The notes beneath the pieces were generated by a model that worked only from the letters and a program-made list of their open reading frames with translations, did no database searches and was not told where the DNA came from. A stretch of 47,930 nt of DNA from Patescibacteria group bacterium (GTDB taxonomy: Bacteria > Patescibacteriota > Patescibacteriia > Patescibacteriales > UBA12075). The position numbers and the translations under genes are program-made. The stretch is from positions 1 to 47,930 of the forward strand of contig JAYENK010000019.1 in NCBI GenBank assembly GCA_034722035.1, in the 5' to 3' direction. Shown here in pieces: positions 36,274 to 45,624 of this stretch (positions are counted from its first letter, which is position 1; each line of letters begins with the position of its first letter).

Positions 36274-37527
36274 TTACTCATATCTAAGCGCCTCTACCGG
36301 TTGCAAACGACTAGCCTTATAAGCCGGAAAGACACCAAAAATAAGACCAACCATCATTGAAACAGCCATGGCCAATAAAATCGAAAACAAAGACACATGA
36401 AAAACCCAGTCATATCCCAGATAATTTGCGATTATTGCGACCAAGTACGCCAAAATCGCTCCGCCAATAATCCCGATTAAACCGCCAATCATTGTAACCG
36501 TGACTGATTCAATTAAAAATTGACTTAAAATATTTAACTTGTTCGCTCCCAAGGCTTTTCTAAGGCCGATTTCACGAGTACGCTCTGTAACGCTCACCAG
36601 CATAATATTCATAATGCCGATTCCGCCCACAATCAATGATATAGCTGCCATGGCAGCTAAAAAATATTTAAGCGCGTCAGTAATGGTTGTAATCATGTCT
36701 AGCGCTTGAGCCGCGCTTCTGACTGTAAAATCATCATTGGCTCCGCTTTGATCACTAATATCATGTCGCTCGCGCAAAGTTATCTTCATGTCAGCAAGTA
36801 CCTGATCGGTATTTTCTGCCAAGTCAACTTTAGCCCGAATCATACTGACATAATTAACTCCAAGAATTCTTTTTTGCATTGTTTTGATCGGCAAAAGAGC
36901 AATATTGTCATAATCCTGAAAGGCAACCATTCCCCGCTCTGCCATAACACCAATTACTTCAAAACTATTTTTTTGAACTTTAATTCTTTGTCCAAGCGCA
37001 TGCGAATCACCAAAAAGCTCCCGCTTAACAGTGTGCCCCAAAACAATTACGCGCGACAAATTAGTTTCTTCGTTTTTTGTAAAAAACCGCCCTTCAGCAA
37101 GCTCTCCACCCTCAACTTCCAAATAACCGACCGTACACCCTTTTAGACTGCTTTGATAATTATTTCGACGCCACTCTAAGTTGGCATTACCGTCGGAATA
37201 AGCAACAATATCGGTAATATTAGGCACATTGCTTGGTTTGGCCAGAGCTATGGCATCGTCGTATGTCAAAGTGGTAATAACTATGCCCATAGCTGAGGAG
37301 GGCGGCTTATCTTTACCGGAATTACCGGGAAGCACGCCTACGATATTTGACCCCAAAGATTCAACCTGAGCCAAAATCAAACTCTGTGCCCCCGCTCCCA
37401 AGGCTACAATTAAAATAACCGCGCCCACACCGATTATAATCCCCAGCATAGTCAAAAAACTCCGCCCTTTATTAGCGAGCAGAGCAGTTGTTGCCGTATG
37501 AATGGATTGTTTTATGGATTCAAACAT
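36274..37527 (-). CDS. MacB/FtsX-family ABC permease
   Basis: RSFLTMLGIIIG, GGIGIMNIMLVSVTERTREIGLRKALGA, PVEALRYE. Confidence 0.93.
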   Translation of the reverse strand: MFESIKQSIHTATTALLANKGRSFLTMLGIIIGVGAVILIVALGAGAQSLILAQVESLGSNIVGVLPGNSGKDKPPSSAMGIVITTLTYDDAIALAKPSNVPNITDIVAYSDGNANLEWRRNNYQSSLKGCTVGYLEVEGGELAEGRFFTKNEETNLSRVIVLGHTVKRELFGDSHALGQRIKVQKNSFEVIGVMAERGMVAFQDYDNIALLPIKTMQKRILGVNYVSMIRAKVDLAENTDQVLADMKITLRERHDISDQSGANDDFTVRSAAQALDMITTITDALKYFLAAMAAISLIVGGIGIMNIMLVSVTERTREIGLRKALGANKLNILSQFLIESVTVTMIGGLIGIIGGAILAYLVAIIANYLGYDWVFHVSLFSILLAMAVSMMVGLIFGVFPAYKASRLQPVEALRYE

Positions 37528-37530
37528 TAT

Positions 37531-38244
37531 TTATTTCAGCTTATCTCCATCATGCGCAATCTTCCTATTCTGTACCGGTTTATCGCTTTCAATTAAGCCA
37601 TCGCACATAGCGATAATGCGCTTGGCGTGTTCGGCCGTATAGGTTTCGTGCGTAACAAGAATGATTGTATTGCCCAGTTCGTTTAATTTCTGCAAAATCT
37701 CCATAATCTGTACCCCGGACTTGGAGTCAAGATTACCGGTAGGCTCATCCGCAAAAACAACCGAGGGCTTATTAACCAAAGCGCGCGCAATCGCGACCCG
37801 TTGTTTTTCACCGCCGGAAATTTGATTGGTAAAATAATCCAATCTGTGCCCAAGCCCGACATCCTCCAATACTCGCTTGGCTCTTTCGTCTAAATTATTT
37901 TTATCCTTAGAATAAGTAAGGGGTAATTTTACATTATCCAAAACAGTGGTGCGTGGCAAAAGATTAAAAGCTTGAAAAACAAAACCAATTTTTTGATTGC
38001 GCAAAGCCGCTAAATTATTATCGTCAAATTCATTAACATTATTCTTGGCAAAAAAATAATTCCCCTCGCTTGCCCGATCCAAAAGTCCAAGAATATGCAT
38101 CAATGTCGATTTACCTGATCCGGAGGGGCCCATGATTGCAACAAATTCACCCTCTTCAATATCAAAAGAAAGACCATGAAGCACTTTTGTCACCAGACCC
38201 TCGTTTTCAAATTGCTTATGAAGATTTTCTACTTTTATCAACAT
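37531..38244 (-). CDS. ABC transporter ATP-binding protein (MacB/LolD type)
   Basis: GPSGSGKST, GFVFQ, ISGGEKQR, ADEPTGNLD, VTHE. Confidence 0.96.
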   Translation of the reverse strand: MLIKVENLHKQFENEGLVTKVLHGLSFDIEEGEFVAIMGPSGSGKSTLMHILGLLDRASEGNYFFAKNNVNEFDDNNLAALRNQKIGFVFQAFNLLPRTTVLDNVKLPLTYSKDKNNLDERAKRVLEDVGLGHRLDYFTNQISGGEKQRVAIARALVNKPSVVFADEPTGNLDSKSGVQIMEILQKLNELGNTIILVTHETYTAEHAKRIIAMCDGLIESDKPVQNRKIAHDGDKLK

Positions 38245-38247
38245 ATA

Positions 38248-40146
38248 TTATTTTCCCGTCTTAATCGAAGTCACAACAACATCTCCCGCTTTGACTCCTT
38301 CCAAGACCTCAATCATACCTCCGTCTCCACGCAAACCAAGCGTAACATGGCGCTCTTCCACCTGATTATTATTTAGAATACGAACAATTTTGCCTGAGCC
38401 GTTTTTTTGAATTACCGCTCGACTGGGAATGAGCAATATTTCTTTTTTCTCAGCCGTAGTAATATTGGCATTAGCCGTCATGCCGGACTTAATCTGATAA
38501 TCCAAAGAATCAAAACTTAATTTAAGTTTGTAATAAACCACATCCTGCACTTCGGTTTCAGCCGGTTCAATAAAAAATATTTCTCCGGGAAAAAATATGT
38601 CCTCACCATAAGCATCCAAAGTAATTTCCGCTATATCGCCAATTTCAATTTTGGCAATATCCGCTTCCGAAACAAGCAGCTCAATTTCATAACCACTTTG
38701 CCCCAACATGGATATTACTGACGAACCGCCCGCCATAACCGGCTCGCCAATTTGATATTCGATCGAAGTGATAGTACCACTGATTGGAGCAAATATTTTT
38801 GATTTTTCAATTTGATTTTCGATTGACTCAAACGCGGCCTCGGCCTGTCTAAGCTGAGCTTCTTTTAAACTAACATCATGCTCATCAGCCGAAGCCAAAA
38901 CTTTGTCCAATTGAGCCTGAGCCAAAAACCAGGCTTTGTAAGTGGTATTAACCTTAGATTCGGCGACGGTTTTTTGCTTTTCACCGCTCAATTTAGCAAT
39001 ACTCAAATTATTTCTGGCATCAATCAGAGCCTGCTCATAATTTGTCTGGGCGCTCAAATAAGCCTCTTCATATTCAGATGTTTTACTATTATAATTTAAT
39101 ATCGCTGTATTTATTGCCTGCTCCTTAGATTGAACCAAGGCAATCGCGACTGCTATCAAAGTTTGCTGAGAGCTAATACCGGTTTTGAAAGCATCCAGCT
39201 CAGTTTCGGTCAAACGATAGGAAGTATTAGTATTTTCCAAACCGTTAAAACAACTATTAAGCGCGGCAAAAACCATATTCAAATAATCATACGACTCTTC
39301 TACCGCAATCAAAACCTCATCAATGGATGAACTTGCCTGAACAAGCTCCAAAGCGCTTTTAGCCAACACTGCCTGGGCTTTGGCCTTGTCATAATTTGAA
39401 TTGGTCGCGGTAATATATTGCGGATCTTGTTTGCTAAAAGCCGTATCCGCATCATCATCTGTCAACACTTGATTAATCGCGTCTAAGGCACTGTCACTGG
39501 AAGCGTTTTTGTCTTCAATCGTGGTGAGCGCATCTGCCCGGGCATCATCAATCGCATTCTGGTAAGTATTTTTAATATTAATCAAATTTGTCTTAGCGCT
39601 GGCTACAGCCTGCTCTTTGGGCGTTAGGGTTAGACTGGAACTAGACTCCAAATCAGCCAAAGTTTTTTCAGCTTGCTTAATAGTTTCGGTGTTTGTTTCA
39701 TTTATTGTCTTCAATTCTTGCTTGGCCGCCTCATAGGCAACCCGGCTTTGCTCAAGCCCGGCTTTGGATACGGCAATATCATTTTCAGCCGCACCGGCCA
39801 ATAATTTATTCAAATTACTACGCGCCACATCAATGTTCGCAGCAAACTCCGAACACTTAATCTCCAAATTATCATAATCCAATTCTGCCAAAATATCTCC
39901 CTGTTTAACTTCATTCCCGATTTTGGTATGCAGTTTTGCAATATGACCTGAATTTAAAAAATTAAGGTCAAGCTCGCTTTCGGCTTTAACTGCGCCAGTT
40001 TCGGAAACAGTTTGAACTAAATTACCAATCTCGGCCACAGTGGTGACATAAGTTATTTCCGGCTTTTTATTCATACCAAAAAATACTATTACCGAACCGA
40101 TTATAGCGAGTACCAATAAAATAATTATCGCTTTTTTTGGATGCAT
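38248..40146 (-). CDS. MacA/HlyD-family membrane fusion protein with long helical insert
   Basis: TM, VKQGDILAEL, IFAPISGTIT, VSEADIAKI, IKSGMTA, VTLGLRG; 632 aa. Confidence 0.9.
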   Translation of the reverse strand: MHPKKAIIILLVLAIIGSVIVFFGMNKKPEITYVTTVAEIGNLVQTVSETGAVKAESELDLNFLNSGHIAKLHTKIGNEVKQGDILAELDYDNLEIKCSEFAANIDVARSNLNKLLAGAAENDIAVSKAGLEQSRVAYEAAKQELKTINETNTETIKQAEKTLADLESSSSLTLTPKEQAVASAKTNLINIKNTYQNAIDDARADALTTIEDKNASSDSALDAINQVLTDDDADTAFSKQDPQYITATNSNYDKAKAQAVLAKSALELVQASSSIDEVLIAVEESYDYLNMVFAALNSCFNGLENTNTSYRLTETELDAFKTGISSQQTLIAVAIALVQSKEQAINTAILNYNSKTSEYEEAYLSAQTNYEQALIDARNNLSIAKLSGEKQKTVAESKVNTTYKAWFLAQAQLDKVLASADEHDVSLKEAQLRQAEAAFESIENQIEKSKIFAPISGTITSIEYQIGEPVMAGGSSVISMLGQSGYEIELLVSEADIAKIEIGDIAEITLDAYGEDIFFPGEIFFIEPAETEVQDVVYYKLKLSFDSLDYQIKSGMTANANITTAEKKEILLIPSRAVIQKNGSGKIVRILNNNQVEERHVTLGLRGDGGMIEVLEGVKAGDVVVTSIKTGK

Positions 40147-40157
40147 ATTTTTAATCG

Positions 40158-40550
40158 TTAATTAATTTTATTATTATTTTGAATAATTTTATCTACCTTT
40201 TCAACAAAATCCTTTATGCTAAAATCGTTTTTAATAAAATAATAATTAGCACCCAGACGATTACAACGTTCCTTAACATCTTCTTCGCTAAAATTGGAAA
40301 ATATTATTACCGAAATATTACTAATCTCATCGTCCGACTTCAAACGAGAAAGTACCTGAAAACCGTCAGTTGTGGGTAAAACAAGATCAAGGATTATATA
40401 GTCCGGGTTGTAAAGCTTTATCGAAATTATAATATTAATAATCTCGTCATTGCCGTCATGCGCGTCAACATCATAGTCTTTATCAACCAACATAGCTTTA
40501 AGTCCAGTTCGAATCACATGATCATCTTCTATAATTTGAATTTTTGTCAT
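40158..40550 (-). CDS. Single-domain response regulator (receiver)
   Basis: IIEDD, PDYIILDLVLP..DG, FSN, YFIK. Confidence 0.9.
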   Translation of the reverse strand: MTKIQIIEDDHVIRTGLKAMLVDKDYDVDAHDGNDEIINIIISIKLYNPDYIILDLVLPTTDGFQVLSRLKSDDEISNISVIIFSNFSEEDVKERCNRLGANYYFIKNDFSIKDFVEKVDKIIQNNNKIN

Positions 40551-40571
40551 GCTATTTCTTAAAACAAAACT

Positions 40572-41165
40572 TTAGTTTTTGTATATTATTCTTATAATAT
40601 CATCACAGCCATAAGCTCCCGTAGCAGTACTAACCGGCTTACCGGCCATGTCCTGTCCGTAAGAACCAAGCACAACAGCGTCTACACACCCACCGGCGCC
40701 ACAACCACAAGGTTCATTATTTATATCAAGCGAATAATCGGTATCAAAAAAATATTCATTACCCCAAGGGTCTATTGGCATTGAATTCACATAAGGCCCT
40801 TGCCAATTACCATAATTACCATTTGTTGCCAGTAAACCGGAAATACCGGCTGACAATGTTCGCGCGCCACAATCCTCGCTGTTTACATCTTCACCGCAAA
40901 TCTCATTATTTGGAGCGCTAGAAACCGTATCTACCGCTTGCTCGCCTGGCCAAAGATTTGTGTCATTAACAAGCGTTGACATTGCATCATTTATAACTTT
41001 AAGATCATTCAAAACTACCGCTTCTTTGGCTTTGTATCTAGCATTGTTAACCGCGACAACGGCAATTGTTGTTAAAAGCCCTACAATTGCAATAACTACT
41101 AATAATTCTATCAATGAAAATCCAGATATTTTTTTGTTTTTATTTTTTAAAAATTTTGTAAACAT
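40572..41165 (-). CDS. GspG-like type IV prepilin/pseudopilin
   Basis: G|FSLIELLVVIAIVGLL prepilin motif, WQGPYVNSMPIDPWGNEY, SYGQD; ATG at 41165. Confidence 0.9.
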   Translation of the reverse strand: MFTKFLKNKNKKISGFSLIELLVVIAIVGLLTTIAVVAVNNARYKAKEAVVLNDLKVINDAMSTLVNDTNLWPGEQAVDTVSSAPNNEICGEDVNSEDCGARTLSAGISGLLATNGNYGNWQGPYVNSMPIDPWGNEYFFDTDYSLDINNEPCGCGAGGCVDAVVLGSYGQDMAGKPVSTATGAYGCDDIIRIIYKN

Positions 41166-41235
41166 TGATTTATTTATTATTACTATAATAAATAAATTAT
41201 ACCATACTTTACTATTATTCTCCAAATAAAAATAT

Positions 41236-41847
41236 TTACGCAAATTTTCGTATCACCCCCCGCACAATTCCCTGGATCAAAGGATCTTTGGAATAAATTG
41301 GCTTCATGGCGGCATTGGCCGGTTGCAGGCGAATACGAGTTTTTTCACGATAAAACTTTTTCAAAGTAGCATAAGCATTATTAAGCAAAGCCACAACAAC
41401 ATCGCCATTTTGGGGCGAAGGGTTACGCTCAACTATCACATAGTCCCCACTCAATATTCCCTCCTCAATCATAGACTCACCCTTAACGCGCAAAACATAA
41501 CTATCAACTGTATCACGAACAAAATCTGCCGGCACGGCAATGGTTTCTTTGTCTTCAATTGCTTCAATCGGTTCACCCGCGGTAATTAAACCAACCAAAG
41601 GTAATTCCAAGACTTCGTACCATTTGGCTTTAACCGGTTTTAATTCAATTGAACGCGATTCGTTGTAAGAAGTTTCAAGAAAACCCTTAGCTTTTAAATT
41701 CTCGACATGGGCATGTACGGTTGCCGGAGAAGACAAATCAAAATAATCGCCAATTTCACGCAAACTGGGCGCATAGCCGTTCTCTTTGGAAAAATCAGTA
41801 ATAAAATCCAAAATTTGGCGTTGGCGTTTTGTTAAATTTTTTCCCAT
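41236..41847 (-). CDS. lexA: SOS repressor LexA
   Basis: LTKRQRQILDFI, GYAPSLREI, ITAG (Ala-Gly cleavage), GESM (Ser), ATLKK (Lys). Confidence 0.97.
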   Translation of the reverse strand: MGKNLTKRQRQILDFITDFSKENGYAPSLREIGDYFDLSSPATVHAHVENLKAKGFLETSYNESRSIELKPVKAKWYEVLELPLVGLITAGEPIEAIEDKETIAVPADFVRDTVDSYVLRVKGESMIEEGILSGDYVIVERNPSPQNGDVVVALLNNAYATLKKFYREKTRIRLQPANAAMKPIYSKDPLIQGIVRGVIRKFA

Positions 41848-42008
41848 AGGTTTTTTTAATTAAAAATTAAAAAAATATATAAAAATAATAATTTATTGAC
41901 CAGCCTGTTGAATTTTTTTAACAACAGGCGGGGAATTTTTTGTTTTTTTGATTACTTAATTAATTGCGGAATTAAACTTATCCACATATTAAAATGAACT
42001 CTATATAT

Positions 42009-42037
42009 ATTGTACACGAACAAATAACGAAAGTCAA
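42009..42037 (-). promoter_or_regulatory. lexA promoter with candidate LexA operator
   Basis: Minus strand TTGACT, 17 nt, TACAAT; the spacer holds TTCGT-N6-TTCGT. Confidence 0.75.
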
Positions 42038-42066
42038 GACTTATTTATATTCATTAATTTAGTTCA

Positions 42067-42095
42067 TTGTTTTATACTACCAAATATACTATAAT
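42067..42095 (+). promoter_or_regulatory. Promoter of the divergent secreted-protein gene
   Basis: TTGTTT, 17 nt, TATAAT, 37 nt before ATG 42133. Confidence 0.5.
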
Positions 42096-42132
42096 TAACT
42101 TATTAATAATAAAAACTAAAATATTATCCCCT

Positions 42133-43674
42133 ATGAAAATTTCTAAGTTAGCTTATTTTTTAGCTTTACCGTTTTTATTTGTCTTGGGTGGCACTAGTGC
42201 GCAGGCCGTCACTTTTAATCCGAATAACATCATCTCTAACGCGGAAATGCTTGATTCGAGCTCAATGAGCCTGGCCGAAATCACGGCTTTTTTAAATTCT
42301 AAAAACGGCTATATCTCTAAACATAAATTTCCCAATTATGCCAGTGAAATAAAATCTGCCGCTGAAATAATATATGAAGCAGCGAACAACTATGACTGTG
42401 AAGATACTAGCTATGGACCGGAAACATCGCGCGCTACGCAAATGCGCTATTGCACCCCGACAACGATTAACCCAAAAGCATTATTGGTGCTGTTGCAAAA
42501 AGAACAAAGCTTGATTGAAGAAGTGTCGCCCAGACAAAGCCAGCTGGATTGGGCCATGGGCTACGGGTGCCCAGACGGGGGTGGTTGTAATGATCGCTGG
42601 AAAGGTTTTGGCAAACAAGTAAATTCGGCCGGATTGCAGTTTTATAATTATATGATGAATCCAAATCACTACAGCTATCGACCCAACAATACCTATAATG
42701 TTTCCAATACCGGTCGACCAGACTCAACAGTACATATCGAAAACAAAGCAACAGCCGCACTCTACAATTATACTCCACATGTGTATAATGGTAACTTTAA
42801 TTTTTTTAAACTGTGGATACGCTATTTTACCATGAATTATCCGGATAATACTCTAATGCAAGTTACCGGTGAGCCGGGCGTTTGGCTGATCCAAAACGGT
42901 TATCGCCGTCCCTTTCATTCTAGAGGGGCATTAACTTCGCGCTATAATCTTAATAAGATAATTCAGGTATCAAAATCCGATCTGGAGCGTTATCCCCTGG
43001 GCAACCCGATTAAATTTTCTCAATACTCTTTAGTTCGTTCTCCGCGCGGTACGGTTTATTTATTGATCGATGATATGCGTCGTGGTTTTGCCAGCAGTGA
43101 GGCCCTGCGCAAGGTTGGAATTAATCCGGAAGAAATAATTGACGCCTCTTGGCAAGATATCAATCTCTACACCGAAGCCAAGCCGATTACGGCGACAACC
43201 AGTTATCCAACCGGAGCGTTGCTTCAAGACAAAAGTACTGGCGGTATTTACTTCGTTTCCAATGGTACCAAAGCTCCGCTTTGGGACGCAATTCTACTCA
43301 AAACAAAATTCCGTAATCAAGTTATTATCGCGGAAACTCCTGAAAAACTTTCAAGTTACAAAACGGTCGAACCGGCTATTTTTAATGATGGTGAATTAAT
43401 AAAAACCTCAACCGGTCCGGGTGTGTTTGTAATCGACAAAGGAACACGTCGTGCTTTTACCAGTGGGGATATATTTGAAGAATTGGGCTACAGGTGGAAC
43501 AATATCATCACTGTTCCAAAAAAGATATTTGACCTTTATCCCGAAGGTGAACCGATCGCGCAAATTTATTCGGAAGAAGATATCGAAATAGTAGATCCTG
43601 AAATAGCTGATGAGCTTGCGAGCACCAGTGATGAAGAGCTTTTGGAGGAGATTGAAGATATTTTGAATCCATAA
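42133..43674 (+). CDS. Secreted protein: putative lysozyme-like ('hemagglutinin'-annotated family) N-domain plus four C-terminal repeats
   Basis: Signal peptide ending AQA; FNPNNIIS, INPKALLVLLQKEQSL, AMGYGCPD, ATAALYNYTPH; four ~60-aa repeats; acidic tail. Confidence 0.75.
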   Translation: MKISKLAYFLALPFLFVLGGTSAQAVTFNPNNIISNAEMLDSSSMSLAEITAFLNSKNGYISKHKFPNYASEIKSAAEIIYEAANNYDCEDTSYGPETSRATQMRYCTPTTINPKALLVLLQKEQSLIEEVSPRQSQLDWAMGYGCPDGGGCNDRWKGFGKQVNSAGLQFYNYMMNPNHYSYRPNNTYNVSNTGRPDSTVHIENKATAALYNYTPHVYNGNFNFFKLWIRYFTMNYPDNTLMQVTGEPGVWLIQNGYRRPFHSRGALTSRYNLNKIIQVSKSDLERYPLGNPIKFSQYSLVRSPRGTVYLLIDDMRRGFASSEALRKVGINPEEIIDASWQDINLYTEAKPITATTSYPTGALLQDKSTGGIYFVSNGTKAPLWDAILLKTKFRNQVIIAETPEKLSSYKTVEPAIFNDGELIKTSTGPGVFVIDKGTRRAFTSGDIFEELGYRWNNIITVPKKIFDLYPEGEPIAQIYSEEDIEIVDPEIADELASTSDEELLEEIEDILNP

Positions 43675-43678
43675 AAAT

Positions 43679-44464
43679 ATGATAACATTCGCCGCGCTTG
43701 TCCCCCATCCGCCAATTTTGATTCCGGAAATTGGGAAGGAAAATACCGAGCGCTTAAAAAAAACAATTACATCGTACAAAAAATTAGAGCTTGCGCTAAA
43801 AGAAAGTCAAGCGACTACTATTTTTATTATTTCTCCGCATGGTGAAACTTTTCACAATACAATGCTAATAAACCAAAACATCGCTTATCGGGCGGATTTT
43901 TCCGAATTTGGCTATTTAGGCGCCAAAAAAGAATGGAGAGGCAACATGAAATTGACGCAAATAATAAAATCGGCTTGCGAAAAAGACAACAATCTTCGTC
44001 TCTACACTAGTAATACGCTCGATCATAGTACGGCCATCCCCCTGCTCCTGCTCACACCAAATATTAGCAATCTCAAAATAATTCCTCTGTCTTATTCTCA
44101 ACTAAACAATAAAAAGCACTTTGAATTTGGCCAAAGTATTGGCAAAATTCTTGCGAACACAGACGAAAGGGTGGCAATCATCGCTTCGGGAGATTTGTCG
44201 CATTGCCTAAACAAAGATGCTCCGGCCGAATATTCGCCCAAAGGCGCCAAGTTTGATGGCAAATTAAAGGAATTATTAAAAAATAAAAAAACAGCCGATA
44301 TTTTAGCTTTACCGCCTGATTTTATCGAGAGCGCCTGCGAAAGTGGACTACGTTCAATCTTAATTTTACTCGGAATTATTAATAATTTTAATTATCAGCC
44401 GGAAATACTTTCCTATGAAGCTCCATTTGGAGTAGGTTATCTTTCAATGGAGTTTAAATTATGA
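43679..44464 (+). CDS. MEMO1/LigB-like (AmmeMemoRadiSam-related) protein
   Basis: VPHPPILIPEIG, IISPH, LDHST, IASGDLSH, SYEAPFGVGY. Confidence 0.85.
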   Translation: MITFAALVPHPPILIPEIGKENTERLKKTITSYKKLELALKESQATTIFIISPHGETFHNTMLINQNIAYRADFSEFGYLGAKKEWRGNMKLTQIIKSACEKDNNLRLYTSNTLDHSTAIPLLLLTPNISNLKIIPLSYSQLNNKKHFEFGQSIGKILANTDERVAIIASGDLSHCLNKDAPAEYSPKGAKFDGKLKELLKNKKTADILALPPDFIESACESGLRSILILLGIINNFNYQPEILSYEAPFGVGYLSMEFKL

Positions 44465-44498
44465 ATAGCACATTCCATGGAATATTCTATAGAATGTG

Positions 44499-44741
44499 CT
44501 ACGACTGTAAAATTTTAAAAAAATATTTCCATTTGTCTCCTGTTTCACATAATTCCTTGGTATCGTTCATTGCGTTTAAAATTGTTTGCTTGGAATTATT
44601 CTTGCAAACTTTAAAAACCGATCCCCGCTTAAAGCCGGGAATTTTTAATTCCTTTATTACTTGAAGCGCCAAATCTTGCCACTCATATGCCGGTGGTTTC
44701 TTTGTTGTTTTGCTTTTTATTATTTTATTTATTGTGTCCAT
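44499..44741 (-). CDS. Small helical hypothetical protein
   Basis: 80 aa; start 1 nt after the upstream stop. Confidence 0.72.
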   Translation of the reverse strand: MDTINKIIKSKTTKKPPAYEWQDLALQVIKELKIPGFKRGSVFKVCKNNSKQTILNAMNDTKELCETGDKWKYFFKILQS

Positions 44742-44742
44742 C

Positions 44743-45624
44743 TTATTTTTTGTTTAATAAGTCCTGCGCTTCAGCCCGTAATTCTTCAGAGTATTTAATG
44801 ATAAATTCGAGTTCATTCCGGCTTGGGCTTTGGTTTTTTAATTTTTCCCAAGCCTCATCCCGATGCGAAGGAATATCCTTGATAATAAAACAAAGATCAT
44901 CATTATCTGGTCCTTGCTCAATTAGCTTAAGCCAAGCTTCACCGCTTAAAGCTTTGATATTTTTCATAATATAGCGCAAATCTTTATTGGAAACATCACG
45001 CTTAAATAACTCGGCCCAAGCTTCGTCTCGCAATTCTTTAATGTCTTTAATAATTATACAAAGATCGTTATTGCTCGCGCCCAAACGCAAAAACTCTTCC
45101 CAAGCCTCTTTGCGCAAACTTTCTACGTTTACTATAATGCGCCGATACCAGTCAATACTGGGCTTGCTTTTTTTCATTTCTTCCCATGCCAAAGCACGCA
45201 AGGCCGGCATCACTTTCATAATATCCAAGAAATCTCCTCGCTCTGGCTTTGCCTTAAGAAAACGTTTCCAGGCTTTTTCTTGTAAATCCGGAACAAAACG
45301 AGCAATATATAAATAATCCGATTGTTTGGGCTTGGATTTTTTTAATTTTTTCCAGGCTTGTTGTGAAAGCTCCGGTACGTAACGAATAATATTTCTAAGG
45401 TCCAAAGAGATATATTTTTTACGCTTAAACAACTCCCAGGCCTCTTGGCTGTATTTGGGAGCATATTCAATAATATTTTTTAATTCATTTATATCCAAAT
45501 CCCGTTTTTTCAGTATTTGCCAGGCTTCCTGGCTATATTCCGGGATATTTTCAATAATAAAACGCAAATCCTTGTTACTGGGATTTTCTTCTTCTAGTAC
45601 TTCTTGTGCTCCGTTCTTATCCAT
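44743..45624 (-). CDS. 28-aa tandem repeat protein (alpha-solenoid)
   Basis: About 10 repeats with AW recurring every 28 aa. Confidence 0.85.
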   Translation of the reverse strand: MDKNGAQEVLEEENPSNKDLRFIIENIPEYSQEAWQILKKRDLDINELKNIIEYAPKYSQEAWELFKRKKYISLDLRNIIRYVPELSQQAWKKLKKSKPKQSDYLYIARFVPDLQEKAWKRFLKAKPERGDFLDIMKVMPALRALAWEEMKKSKPSIDWYRRIIVNVESLRKEAWEEFLRLGASNNDLCIIIKDIKELRDEAWAELFKRDVSNKDLRYIMKNIKALSGEAWLKLIEQGPDNDDLCFIIKDIPSHRDEAWEKLKNQSPSRNELEFIIKYSEELRAEAQDLLNKK

